Below are positions 46,512 through 56,164 of a DNA stretch of 64,000 nt, one piece after another. The stretch is from positions 160,001 through 224,000 of the forward strand of contig JAVHQC010000033.1 in assembly GCA_036170915.1 (NCBI GenBank), written 5' to 3'. The notes below the pieces were generated by a model. It made no database searches and was not told where the DNA came from. It was given only the letters and a program-made list of their open reading frames with translations. The translations under genes were made by a program, and so were the position numbers. Source of the stretch: Cyanobacteria bacterium auto_48_18. Lineage in GTDB: Bacteria > Cyanobacteriota > Vampirovibrionia > Obscuribacterales > Obscuribacteraceae. Numbering within the stretch: the first letter of the stretch is position 1; every line of letters begins with the position of its first letter.

Positions 46512-48026
46512 TTAGGGCAACTCTTCCCAGTAAGGCACATACTCTGAATCGAGCATCCAGGTGAATTTACCCTGGCGCTCCATTACTGCTACTTTCTTAG
46601 CAATAGGATGCATGATTGAAGTAGAAGCCGAAAAGTCCATGAAATAACCGGCACTGTTGACGAATACGACTAAATCGCCTGGTTTGGGCAACTTTTTCAC
46701 ATAAGTCAAATGGCGGTAAATCAAGTCAGATTCCAGGCAGAGGTTACCGGCAAAATAAACACCGACTGGCTGAGCGTCTGATGATTCCGGTGTGGGATCT
46801 TTTTCGATTACTACCGGATCAACAAAGATTTCTTGATCAAGGAATGATATATCCTGGCGTTTCATATTCAGGCAAATGATTGGTTCATTGCGGCTTGACG
46901 TGCGGACCGAGTTAACCCGAGCGACAGTAATGCCTGTTTGTTCAACCAGTGAGCGGCCCGGTTCGATCCAGAGCTCAATCATATTGTCGCGAATGATACT
47001 GGCAGCAGTGGCGTCACCTAAATTGGCAAAGCGCTGGCTGAGCAATTCATCTAAGAAATCACCACCAGTCTCGGTATCAAAATAGCTGTAGCTATTGAAA
47101 TTGCCTTTCAACTTGCCCTTGTCTGACGACATGCCAAAGGCGTTGTTGTGCCAGGTCATGGTTGGTCTAGTGCCGAGCACTGACTCTTTCAGGGCGCTGA
47201 CATAAGCGTTCCATTCATCTTCGTTCTCTAAATAATTGACTTTGTAGCCACCGCCGATATTTAGTACGCGTGGTTCAAAGTCTCTGCTTAGCGCTTCTTC
47301 GAAAAGCTCAAGGCAATTTTCAATGGCAATGGCGCGCTCTAGAACACTGACTGTATCTAAGTGGAAGGAAAAACCGAGCAATTCCACTTCTTTGCGATTA
47401 GCTTCTAAAATATCAAAAGCAATGTTGGCTTCTTTTAGAGGCACACCAAAACGGCTGCCTTTATTGAGAAACTTACTGTGATTGGCTTCAAAACCAGAGA
47501 GGCGAAGGAGAATTTTGGTCGCCTTCTTCACTTTGAGCACTGCTCGCAGTGTCAAAATCATCTTTAGTTCAGAGATGCTGTCTACTGCAATGGTGATGCC
47601 CTGTTGAATGGCCAGACCAAGAAACTCTGCGTTTTTTGGCCCGGTGGCTTCGATGCGGCTAGCATCAAAGCCGCTACCCAGAGCGTGTCTTAATTCATTG
47701 ACTGAGCTGACATCGAGATTGGCGTTTTCAACCGCCAGGCGCCTTGTTAATGAATCAGATTGATTGCATTTGTGTGCGAAGAATATTTTGCCGATTACAT
47801 TGAGGTCGCGGAATGTTTTTTGAAAACCTTCCACATTCTCGCCAATCAGTTCAGGGAACAGCACATTCAGTGGGCTCCCGAGAGCGCGGGTGAGCTCAAG
47901 CAATGTCTCTCTTTCCGCCAGAAATTTCTTTATCAGCGGGTGGATTTTTGGCGTCAGAACAAGATTTTCTGGCGCTCTTTCTGCTTTTATCTGTTCTAAA
48001 TTAGATACTGGAGTTGTAATTGACAT
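46512..48026 (-). CDS. Fold-type III PLP decarboxylase (LysA/SbnH/Y4yA-like)
   Basis: FAHKCN, DVSSVNEL, TGPKN, SRFG, LNIGGG, IEPGRSL, GNLCLESD, NSAGY. Confidence 0.87.
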   Translation of the reverse strand: MSITTPVSNLEQIKAERAPENLVLTPKIHPLIKKFLAERETLLELTRALGSPLNVLFPELIGENVEGFQKTFRDLNVIGKIFFAHKCNQSDSLTRRLAVENANLDVSSVNELRHALGSGFDASRIEATGPKNAEFLGLAIQQGITIAVDSISELKMILTLRAVLKVKKATKILLRLSGFEANHSKFLNKGSRFGVPLKEANIAFDILEANRKEVELLGFSFHLDTVSVLERAIAIENCLELFEEALSRDFEPRVLNIGGGYKVNYLENEDEWNAYVSALKESVLGTRPTMTWHNNAFGMSSDKGKLKGNFNSYSYFDTETGGDFLDELLSQRFANLGDATAASIIRDNMIELWIEPGRSLVEQTGITVARVNSVRTSSRNEPIICLNMKRQDISFLDQEIFVDPVVIEKDPTPESSDAQPVGVYFAGNLCLESDLIYRHLTYVKKLPKPGDLVVFVNSAGYFMDFSASTSIMHPIAKKVAVMERQGKFTWMLDSEYVPYWEELP

Positions 48027-48044
48027 TTTATTCTCGTTTAACAC

Positions 48045-49019
48045 TTAAACCGTAGTTAGACTTTTTACTCGGTCTAAGACTTTCTCGTAAGTGAAGTCCT
48101 GGTCGAGGCCGCTGTCTAATTTTTGATCAAAATAATCATCTAACCAGTCGCGGCAAACTTTAGTGTGAGTAGCTCTCAAGCGCGTCAGGTAGTCAGTCCA
48201 GTTGCGCTTTTTGCTTTCTAGAGTATTGAGAACTTTTTCGAAGACCAATTCTTGTTCTTTCATGAAATCATCAAGTGCTTCACGTTTGCCCTGTTCAAAG
48301 CGCTTCAGATGGCGTGATTGTGGCACTGCACCAAGCAATTTTTCTTGGCCTACATGTTTGATGATGAATAGTTCGTCTTCAGGGGTATCGACTTTGTTGG
48401 CAATTACATAAGTGCGCTCTGCCAGGTGCGGAGCTACTTGCAGATAATCAAGATAGACTTGAACAGATTTTTTGGTTGGCTCAACCACAAAGACGTTCAT
48501 GTCATAAGCGAACGAAAGTGAAGTGGCCACATTGTCGGTACCGGCAGTAGTGTCAGCTACGACAACATCGCTATCACCATCAAGCAAATGATGGAAGAAA
48601 GACTGCAAACCGGTGAGCTTAACGTGATAGCAAGCCCCACCCACATCACTTTCTTTGTAAGTACCCACTGTTAAAAGTGCTATATTACCGCTGGTTTGCG
48701 CATATTTTTTGATTAGCGGATCGCTCGCGCTGACAGCGATGAAATTTGATTTCAGCGAAGGTGGAGTGGTACCAACCATGGTAAGTTCGCCCAGGTCTGT
48801 TCTTTCACCTTTCAAGTAGGTGATGATTTCTTCTTTTACTTCGCCTAATTCGTGTGCTTCGCCTTGCAAATTCTCAAGGTGCAGTGCTCCACGCAGGTGG
48901 GCGTTAACATCGGCATCAATAGCCAGTACATATGGTTTTTTCTTGGCCAGATAGCGAATAAAACCAGCTGCTGTAGTGGTTTTACCGGCGCCGCCTTTTC
49001 CTAGAAATGCAATTCTCAT
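48045..49019 (-). CDS. CooC/AcsF-like ATPase, second paralog
   Basis: MRIAFLGKGGAGKTT, GGACYH, DTTAGTDNVATSL. Confidence 0.85.
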   Translation of the reverse strand: MRIAFLGKGGAGKTTTAAGFIRYLAKKKPYVLAIDADVNAHLRGALHLENLQGEAHELGEVKEEIITYLKGERTDLGELTMVGTTPPSLKSNFIAVSASDPLIKKYAQTSGNIALLTVGTYKESDVGGACYHVKLTGLQSFFHHLLDGDSDVVVADTTAGTDNVATSLSFAYDMNVFVVEPTKKSVQVYLDYLQVAPHLAERTYVIANKVDTPEDELFIIKHVGQEKLLGAVPQSRHLKRFEQGKREALDDFMKEQELVFEKVLNTLESKKRNWTDYLTRLRATHTKVCRDWLDDYFDQKLDSGLDQDFTYEKVLDRVKSLTTV

Positions 49020-49039
49020 GGTCTTTTCTCCTGCCCTTT

Positions 49040-50683
49040 TTAGAGCGGTTTTACTGCTCTTTTTACGATTTTTTTGTTTTGATTGCGCACACCAGTCGGA
49101 ATTTTTCTGGCGGACAATCTATTTTTATGTGTGTTGCCGAAACGCGCATCACTTGCATGATTTGAATTTTGGCTTTGTAGACTTGTGTTCTTAAGGTCAC
49201 GGCCCAGCACCGTAAACCACGGCAATAGTGCCGAATCCGTAAAGTGATAAGAGGCTCTTGGTGGCAATACCAGTTTGTCGTTTTTTGCCAGAGTCTCGTA
49301 GACTGAAGGGCAAGCTCTCTCAACTTTGGTGCCTTCGTCATAGTGTGTTTTGACTACAGCCTGTGATAAATATTCAGGTAAGAACACCACAGGTAGTTCT
49401 TTGATGTAATCGTATTCGGCCAGTAGTGGGCGAATATATGTATTGAGTTTTGAGCGATATTCAGGCCGTGAAAGGAAATAAGCCAGATGACTGAGTGCCT
49501 CATGGCGCGATACGGCACTTTCTTTTGATTGTTCAAAATATTCAGCAGTGGCTTTTTGAAACTCTGGGCAATCCATTGACCAGTCCAGATTTTTGTCTGC
49601 TGTGTGTTTGAGAATATTCCAAATATAAGAAGCGGTGACGCGGTGATTGCCATCGGCCACCAGACCCATTTCGTTAATTACAACTGGTGCAAAGCCACGG
49701 CCCACGAGGTTAATCACTTCATCAAACAAACGCTCGCGCACACAAAACTCTGTTGCTCCCAATCTCGCTAATGGATAGAGCGCCACTTCTACGAAGTTAC
49801 CGGCGAATACTCCAGCAGCAAAAGTTTGCAAACCAGCACTCATAGTTTTGTAGCTAATCAGTGCTTCCAATTCAAAAAGCACATATAAGAGATTGTTGTC
49901 AGTGATGCGATTTTGATTTTCTTGCAAAAATGCTAGTGCCTGTGCCAGCGGCTCGGCGTCTTGCCGGGCGTCAAAAATAATTGAATGGTGCCAGGCTGTA
50001 CTTATGGTAAGCAGCATTGCTACAGAATCTGCCTGGGCAAAATTGTTGTGCTGCGCTGTTTGATAAAGTCCTTGCACATGCTTTTTGAAAGCTGATAGCG
50101 CTCCTACCGCTCTATCGGCGTCGAGTTTAGCTTCTTCACCAACACCTGTGACCACTGTCTGATGCAAGAATGAAAGTGACGGAGCGCTAATGCCTGTCCA
50201 GGCCCAAGGTTCTTTCACTTCGGCAGGGCTGGTGAAAAGATCGGTGTCAACTGTTTGCGCAATGGCGTTGCCGATTCTTTCTAACCGAGCAATAGTTTTG
50301 CTGTCGAAAGAAACTAAATTTTGGAATTGGTCAAACAATAAATTACCGCGATTAACTTCGTGGCAGTGTGGTCCACCAGGACCCGGAATGATGGGGCCAG
50401 GAAAATAACTGGGCACATTCTGGCTGCTCACGTCGCTGGTACCGGCTGCCAGTGCGGCCTCCAGGCGTAATTGATAAAACAGTGCTGAAGCTTGAGTTTC
50501 GCCACCAAGATTTTCTTTTTCGGCGTGACTGATTTCATTGCCGAAATTGAGCTGGCTGGTGGAGACAACTTGAATTTTCTTTTGCGCTTGATAGGCAGTG
50601 AGCGATGGCATCGAACAGGCAGGCGCAAATTTAGATACGCCCTGGTTCTGACCGGCAAAAATTGAAAATGTCAGAGCTTCCAC
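49040..50683 (-). CDS. Hypothetical protein with a ParB/Srx-like motif
   Basis: PVVINEMGLVADGNHRV; GTG start overlaps the upstream TAG. Confidence 0.6.
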   Translation of the reverse strand: MEALTFSIFAGQNQGVSKFAPACSMPSLTAYQAQKKIQVVSTSQLNFGNEISHAEKENLGGETQASALFYQLRLEAALAAGTSDVSSQNVPSYFPGPIIPGPGGPHCHEVNRGNLLFDQFQNLVSFDSKTIARLERIGNAIAQTVDTDLFTSPAEVKEPWAWTGISAPSLSFLHQTVVTGVGEEAKLDADRAVGALSAFKKHVQGLYQTAQHNNFAQADSVAMLLTISTAWHHSIIFDARQDAEPLAQALAFLQENQNRITDNNLLYVLFELEALISYKTMSAGLQTFAAGVFAGNFVEVALYPLARLGATEFCVRERLFDEVINLVGRGFAPVVINEMGLVADGNHRVTASYIWNILKHTADKNLDWSMDCPEFQKATAEYFEQSKESAVSRHEALSHLAYFLSRPEYRSKLNTYIRPLLAEYDYIKELPVVFLPEYLSQAVVKTHYDEGTKVERACPSVYETLAKNDKLVLPPRASYHFTDSALLPWFTVLGRDLKNTSLQSQNSNHASDARFGNTHKNRLSARKIPTGVRNQNKKIVKRAVKPL

Positions 50684-51567
50684 TATTTTGCTCCTGCGGC
50701 AGTGAGTTGCTGAGCTTTGCGCTCCGGATAGACTTCCACCAGACGCTCTTGCCAGTAAGCCTGGCGCTCAATCAGTGCTTGGGTTGGTTTTTGTTGATTG
50801 AAGAATTGAGTCAGCAAATCGTATGTGGTTAAACCTGGCTCAAGAGCAAAGAGATCGTATTTGCAGAAGCTCGCCAAAAGAATTTCTTCTGCTGCTTTTA
50901 AGTTGCCGGTTTGCATAGTTGCGTTTGCTTCTTGCAATAAACTCTGGCGCAGGCTTTCGGTCAGGTCAGGTAGTTTGTGCAGCGCATCTTGATCAAGAAA
51001 TTGATTGTCTAAAAGACTCTGCAATTTTTCTTCTACATAGCAGTCGAGCATTAAATGAATGCGCGGTGCAGGGCCAAAATTGCAAGCACTGTGAATTGTC
51101 GATTTGGGATCAAGTTTCCACAAATAACCTTTTTTGAAATGCACATTCAAACCAGGGCTGGTGATGAACGCTTGGTCATTGGTTATGAGCGGCATGTGCA
51201 GGCGATAACGTGGCACGTCTTCGAGATAAACAAAGTCACGATGCTCATGCAAAAATGTGCCCGGGTCTAAGCGCAAAAGCCTTGAGCCCATGATCTTAAA
51301 GCCGCTGTCTTGCAAGAATTTTTGCAATGACGGTAGCTGCTGTAGAAGCGGAGTGGCAGCAGGGCTTGGACAATCGTGATAATCAAAATTGGTCTGTTCG
51401 CCGGTGTGATTCAAAAGTGTGGCGATTTTCAAACCGTCAGATCCATATTCCGGATAAGGCTCTTGCCAGATTGACTCCAACTGCAGAGCCGGAGCCATAA
51501 GCTCGGCGACAATGGCATCGAGTATGGCGGCAGGAATTTCTTTTAGTTGAGCGATGTAGGAAAGAAT
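50683..51567 (-). CDS. Aspartyl/asparaginyl beta-hydroxylase-like Fe(II)/2OG enzyme; probable ATT start
   Basis: RLLRLDPG..LHEHRD, RLHMPLITN, HSACNFG..RIHLMLD; first ATG is at 51498. Confidence 0.8.
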   Translation of the reverse strand: MLSYIAQLKEIPAAILDAIVAELMAPALQLESIWQEPYPEYGSDGLKIATLLNHTGEQTNFDYHDCPSPAATPLLQQLPSLQKFLQDSGFKIMGSRLLRLDPGTFLHEHRDFVYLEDVPRYRLHMPLITNDQAFITSPGLNVHFKKGYLWKLDPKSTIHSACNFGPAPRIHLMLDCYVEEKLQSLLDNQFLDQDALHKLPDLTESLRQSLLQEANATMQTGNLKAAEEILLASFCKYDLFALEPGLTTYDLLTQFFNQQKPTQALIERQAYWQERLVEVYPERKAQQLTAAGAK

Positions 51568-51609
51568 GGTTCTGCTCCTGGCTTGTATATACGGATGGCA
51601 ATCATATCT

Positions 51610-51628
51610 GAAAATGGTTTCCGTTTTC
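51610..51628. promoter_or_regulatory. Putative Fur/Zur-type operator
   Basis: 9-1-9 imperfect inverted repeat GAAAATGGT-T-TCCGTTTTC beside a minus-strand TATGAT (51606-51601). Confidence 0.5.
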
Positions 51629-52166
51629 CGATTATGAGAGCGGTTACATGCGAATCATTGCGTTAGCGTTTCATATCTTTACTTCTGCATTGCCACACTG
51701 GGTGGGGCAATTACTTCAGCACGGCTCTGTCACTGGCATCAGGCTTATTGAGAACGAGTTGCAACCGACCTGAGGTCAGTTTAGTGCCAAAGCTCACAAT
51801 CAGCATCTGTTTTTCGAATTATGTAACGAGCATGAGCGGCCTCTCATAGAGCATCACCAGTGGTGCTAAATTAAAACCTGTGGTGCTTTTGCTCACTTTG
51901 CATTTTCGCAAGCCCCGCTGATTAGCGCGATATAAGCTGAGCGTCGCGATTTTCAGATGATATCTATTTCAGCAGAATCGCAAACCACCGTTGGCTTTTC
52001 CGCTCTATTTCGGCAGAGGCTCTTGCCACTGGCTATGGTGTCGGATGACAATAGCGCTCTTGCATAACCTTTACAGCCGGGCATTCGCAATCTTTCAGAT
52101 TTTAAGCTGACGAACTTGTAAGAGTGATCTAGAATCTATTTAAGGGGTACTAAAAAGGAAGTTGTC

Positions 52167-53057
52167 GTGGACAGCGGTCAGTCTCGTGCATATTTTGAAA
52201 ATAAGACGGAAAACAGTCGCCTCGAAAGTGGCGTCTCAGACAAAGGCGATAAGAATCTAAAAAGCAAAGTGAAAAAGAAGAGTGTGGTCTTAATGGATCG
52301 CGACATCAACTCTCTTCTTGAGCTTTATTTGCACCGCACGATCTCTTCCAGTCAGCTGGCCCGGCTGTGTTTTCCAGACATCAGCTATGAGACTGCCCGC
52401 AAACGTTTGCGCCGCCTGCAGCAAGCTGGCTTTACTGGTGCCTCATCGTCAGGCCGCATGGAAGGGCGTGGACGGCCTGAGTTGATTTATTTTCTCACCG
52501 CTTCCGGTGCCAGAGCCCTCGAGCAGAGCCGGGGTATTTCCTGGGAAACTATTCCCACCGGCCCACCTCACACTTATCACAAAGAACACTTTTTGCGTCT
52601 TGTGGACGTACGATTGGCCATGGAAGACGCTGAGTTAGCCGGTCTTATTACTGGTCTTGAATTTACTACCGGCCGCGAATTCTGGAAAGAGTTGGCTTCT
52701 GATCTTACTGAAGCGGAAGAGCAGGCCGACGCCACTATCTCTTTCAGTTATCCTGGTTTGGAGCCAGTGCGTGTTTTGTTAGAAATCGACACTGGCAATT
52801 TCCGTCAGACACGGCACTGGGAGCCAAAAATCAAAGCCTTTCTCAAAACCGGTTATCCGATTTGGGTGGTTACCGGCAGCGCGCCGCGCATTTTTACTTT
52901 GCGCAAATGGACTCAACCATTGCTTGAAGAAGCTCGTGTAGGACCAGGCAAATGCGTTTTTGCTGTCTACACCGAAATTGTAGAAAAAGGAATTTTCAAC
53001 GCCCAGTGGCAGCGCACAGATGGCTCGTACACAGACTTACAGCCCAAGATGATCTAA
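52167..53057 (+). CDS. Replication-relaxation family (relaxase-like) protein
   Basis: wHTH (RD..LL..L..SSQLARL..ARKRLRRL, YFLTASG), H..RL, ADA, LEIDTG. Confidence 0.75.
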   Translation: MDSGQSRAYFENKTENSRLESGVSDKGDKNLKSKVKKKSVVLMDRDINSLLELYLHRTISSSQLARLCFPDISYETARKRLRRLQQAGFTGASSSGRMEGRGRPELIYFLTASGARALEQSRGISWETIPTGPPHTYHKEHFLRLVDVRLAMEDAELAGLITGLEFTTGREFWKELASDLTEAEEQADATISFSYPGLEPVRVLLEIDTGNFRQTRHWEPKIKAFLKTGYPIWVVTGSAPRIFTLRKWTQPLLEEARVGPGKCVFAVYTEIVEKGIFNAQWQRTDGSYTDLQPKMI

Positions 53058-54082
53058 GGCGCAAGCTCTTCGGTCTGAATGTTGAGCAACTCTTCCGCAA
53101 AGTGACAGGCAGACTGGTGGCCAGGTGTAATTTCGCGCAAGGGCGGCGTGTCGATTTTGCAAATGTCGCGTGCCATCGGGCAGCGGGTGTGGAAAGCACA
53201 ACCGGGGGGCGGATTTGCCGGGCTAGGCAAGTCGCCTTGCAGCAAGACGCGATGACTCCTGTCGTAATTAGGATCTGGTACTGGAGCTGCTGAGATCAGT
53301 GCCTTTGCGTAAGGATGCAGAGGTTGCTTGTAGACTTCGCCGCAAGGTCCTATCTCAACAATGCGACCAAGATACATGACGGCAATGCGATCTGAAATGT
53401 AGCGCACCACATCGAGATTGTGGGCGATGAAAAGATAAGTGAGGTTGAACTCTTTTTTTAAATCAAGCAGTAAATTGAGAATTTGCGCTTGCACACTCAC
53501 ATCAAGTGCTGACACCGGTTCGTCGGCCACGATTAGTCGAGGTCGCAAAGCCAGTGCTCGAGCAATACCAATGCGCTGACGCTGGCCGCCGGAAAACTCG
53601 TGCGGATAACGATCAAGCATTTCTTTAGGCAGACCGACGAGTTCAATTAAGCGCGTCACCTCGGCTTTAATATTGGAGGCGCCGTCAGTACTTGTTCCCT
53701 TCGACATACCGTGAACTTCTAAAGGCTCGGCCAGTATCTGCGCGATGGTCATACGCGGATCAAGGCTGGCATAAGGATTCTGAAAAACAATTTGCATCTG
53801 CTTGCGCAAAGGTTTCATGGCCCGGGAATCAAGAGCCATAATTTCCTGACCGTCAAATGATACTGAGCCCTGTGTGGCAGGCATCAATCGCAGCATTACT
53901 CGACCGAGAGTCGATTTGCCGCAACCAGATTCGCCCACTAGCCCTAACGTTTCACCTTCAATAATATCGAGATTGATGCCGTCAAGAGCCCTGACAGCAC
54001 CAACTTGTTTATTGAAAAAGCCTTTGCGAATGGGGAAATGCTTTTTGAGATCTTTGATTTGAACGAGAGTCTTGGCGGTCAT
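53054..54082 (-). CDS. Oligopeptide/dipeptide ABC transporter ATP-binding protein (OppF/DppF-like)
   Basis: GESGCGKST, FSGGQRQRI, DEPVSALD, GCAFHTRCP. Confidence 0.95.
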   Translation of the reverse strand: MTAKTLVQIKDLKKHFPIRKGFFNKQVGAVRALDGINLDIIEGETLGLVGESGCGKSTLGRVMLRLMPATQGSVSFDGQEIMALDSRAMKPLRKQMQIVFQNPYASLDPRMTIAQILAEPLEVHGMSKGTSTDGASNIKAEVTRLIELVGLPKEMLDRYPHEFSGGQRQRIGIARALALRPRLIVADEPVSALDVSVQAQILNLLLDLKKEFNLTYLFIAHNLDVVRYISDRIAVMYLGRIVEIGPCGEVYKQPLHPYAKALISAAPVPDPNYDRSHRVLLQGDLPSPANPPPGCAFHTRCPMARDICKIDTPPLREITPGHQSACHFAEELLNIQTEELAP

Positions 54083-54092
54083 TTAGCCTTAT

Positions 54093-54548
54093 TTATGGAA
54101 TTTTGACATTGATGCGGTTTAAACGGTCTGACAATTTTGTCAGAAACTGCATGGCAAATGTCGAATTTCCCTGATTTTGCTTACCAGTTGCATCAGCTTG
54201 ATTGCTCTCGGCTACATAAACCCCTTTATGGCGCGAACGGACCAACTGGGAAGGGGTCATGCGCTGGTCAAGATTCCATTCTTCATAAATAGCCTGTTCA
54301 TTATAAGCATTGCGATTGTTGGCCGCTGCTTGTGAGGCTCGTCCTAAACTGGCCATAAGCTCCCGCTCTTGCAGGGCGCGCTCGGCTATAAGATTTGCAC
54401 TATTGTCGGACTGCGACGAAGCCGGCTTTGTATAACCGCCCCAGGGATTGCCATGAATGCGATACGGGCGTGGCTCTCTTAAAAAGACATACCAGAAGAC
54501 CGTATATAAGATGGCCATTTCGAACGCGATGATTGCATAGGCGAGCAT
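54093..54548 (-). CDS. Hypothetical protein with an N-terminal TM
   Basis: GGGAGG RBS before MLAYAIIAFEMAILYTVFWYVFL. Confidence 0.7.
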   Translation of the reverse strand: MLAYAIIAFEMAILYTVFWYVFLREPRPYRIHGNPWGGYTKPASSQSDNSANLIAERALQERELMASLGRASQAAANNRNAYNEQAIYEEWNLDQRMTPSQLVRSRHKGVYVAESNQADATGKQNQGNSTFAMQFLTKLSDRLNRINVKIP

Positions 54549-54937
54549 AATCGCCTCCCGGCTTGATAAGCCTTGAGCGGGGTACCTGGTTTGGTCAGTG
54601 TTTGGAAGAGAATGTCTTTTTTGAAAAAAGCTCGGTGACAAAAATATAGCTTTTGGTTACGCGCATTACTCAAAGGAGACAGCTGGTTCCATAGCCACCA
54701 TATGTCGCAACAAAGCTCTTTAGTGAGTAAGCTTTATTGTGCAAATATTCTAACCAAAGATGGGAGAAATACCATGACTTTTTAATAAATCTGCCGTTGT
54801 CAAGTGATTAATTGTAAAAAGCGCATAGTGTTTACTAGACGTCTTTTCGCGCCGAAAGCAGACTTAATTATGGTCAAAGGCGACAGGCTGGCTGCCAAGC
54901 GGCTACTGTACTCACTTTCTCTCCGAGCGGAGCAACA

Positions 54938-56164
54938 ATGCAGTCTAATAATGCGCTGTCAAATTCAGTAAAAGTTGCCGTGGTGGGTGCGGGTACCATG
55001 GGCTCGTCTATCGCCGTGGCCCTCCTGGGCAGCGGTTACAGCGTATTGCTCAAAGAGACAGAGCAAGCTTTCCTCGATAAAGGAGTGGCTAACATCGAGC
55101 GGTTGTTCGCCAGTCGTATGAAAAAAGGCTTGAGCGCTGAAGAGGTGGCCGAACAGAAAGAGCGATTGCAAACTACGCTGAACTACGAGCATTTTTCAGA
55201 AGTTGATTTCGTCATTGAAGCTGCTTCCGAAAATCTGGAAATCAAAAAACAAATATTCCAAGATCTTGATCAGTGGTGTCATGTTGATGCCATTCTCGCC
55301 ACCAACACTTCGAGCCTTTCAATTACGCAAATAGCTAACTTTGTGCGCCGCGCCGACAAAGTGGTTGGCCTGCACTTTTTCAACCCGGCTCACATCATGA
55401 AATTGGTTGAGGTCATTCCTGGTCTTGAAACGTCGCACGACACAGTGGCTCGCGCTCTTGAACTGGCCCGTTCTATGGGCAAACTGGCGGTGCGCGTTGA
55501 AGAATGTGCATCGTTCTTAGTCAACAGGCTGCTTGGTCGCTACATGAACGAGTCGCTTTTTCAGTTGCAGAATGGTGCCACTGTTGAAGAAATAGACAAA
55601 GTCGTATGCGACTATGTGATGCCCATCGGGCCCCTGGCACTGCGCGACATGAATGGTGCTGATATTGGTCTGGCTGTAGCCAAATACAATTATCAGGAGT
55701 ATGGTGCGCGTTTTGCCGTGCCCCCAATTTTAGAGGCCATGGTGCAAAACAATTTGCTTGGTCAAAAGACCATGGGCGGTTTTTACAGTTACGATGCCGA
55801 AACTCGCAAGCGCACCGTGGTCAATGCTGAATTTCTAAAGTTGCTCGAAGCAGTTAAAGCGAAAGAAGGGGAAAAATCGCAACCAAATTCTTTCAGCGCT
55901 GAGCGACTATTTTTGCCCATGATTAATGAAGCCTTTCTGGCAATGCAAGAGCGTATTGTTCAACCAGAAGATCTTGACGCGGCGCTCATGGCCGGGCTTG
56001 GAATGCGCAAAGGCCCGCTCAGTCTGGCTGCTGATATTGGTCTGGCCAACTGTTTGAAAATGTTGGACGAAGCAGCAGCACAGTCAAACGAACAAAAAGA
56101 ACGTTTTCGCCCAGCTCCTTTACTCAAGCGTTTTGTTTGGGCCGGGCGGTCGTCAGTGCTTTAA
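54938..56164 (+). CDS. 3-hydroxyacyl-CoA dehydrogenase with a duplicated C-terminal domain
   Basis: VVGAGTMG, TNTSSL, GLHFFNP, FLVNRL; two GP..L.D motifs. Confidence 0.92.
   Translation: MQSNNALSNSVKVAVVGAGTMGSSIAVALLGSGYSVLLKETEQAFLDKGVANIERLFASRMKKGLSAEEVAEQKERLQTTLNYEHFSEVDFVIEAASENLEIKKQIFQDLDQWCHVDAILATNTSSLSITQIANFVRRADKVVGLHFFNPAHIMKLVEVIPGLETSHDTVARALELARSMGKLAVRVEECASFLVNRLLGRYMNESLFQLQNGATVEEIDKVVCDYVMPIGPLALRDMNGADIGLAVAKYNYQEYGARFAVPPILEAMVQNNLLGQKTMGGFYSYDAETRKRTVVNAEFLKLLEAVKAKEGEKSQPNSFSAERLFLPMINEAFLAMQERIVQPEDLDAALMAGLGMRKGPLSLAADIGLANCLKMLDEAAAQSNEQKERFRPAPLLKRFVWAGRSSVL

Noticed and set aside
46512..48026. Housekeeping lysA
   Set aside because: FAHKCN variant, greater length and biosynthetic-cluster context suggest a specialised paralog
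4122..53057. ICE integrated at the tRNA array
   Set aside because: No integrase and no duplicated tRNA 3' end seen; housekeeping rarA lies in between
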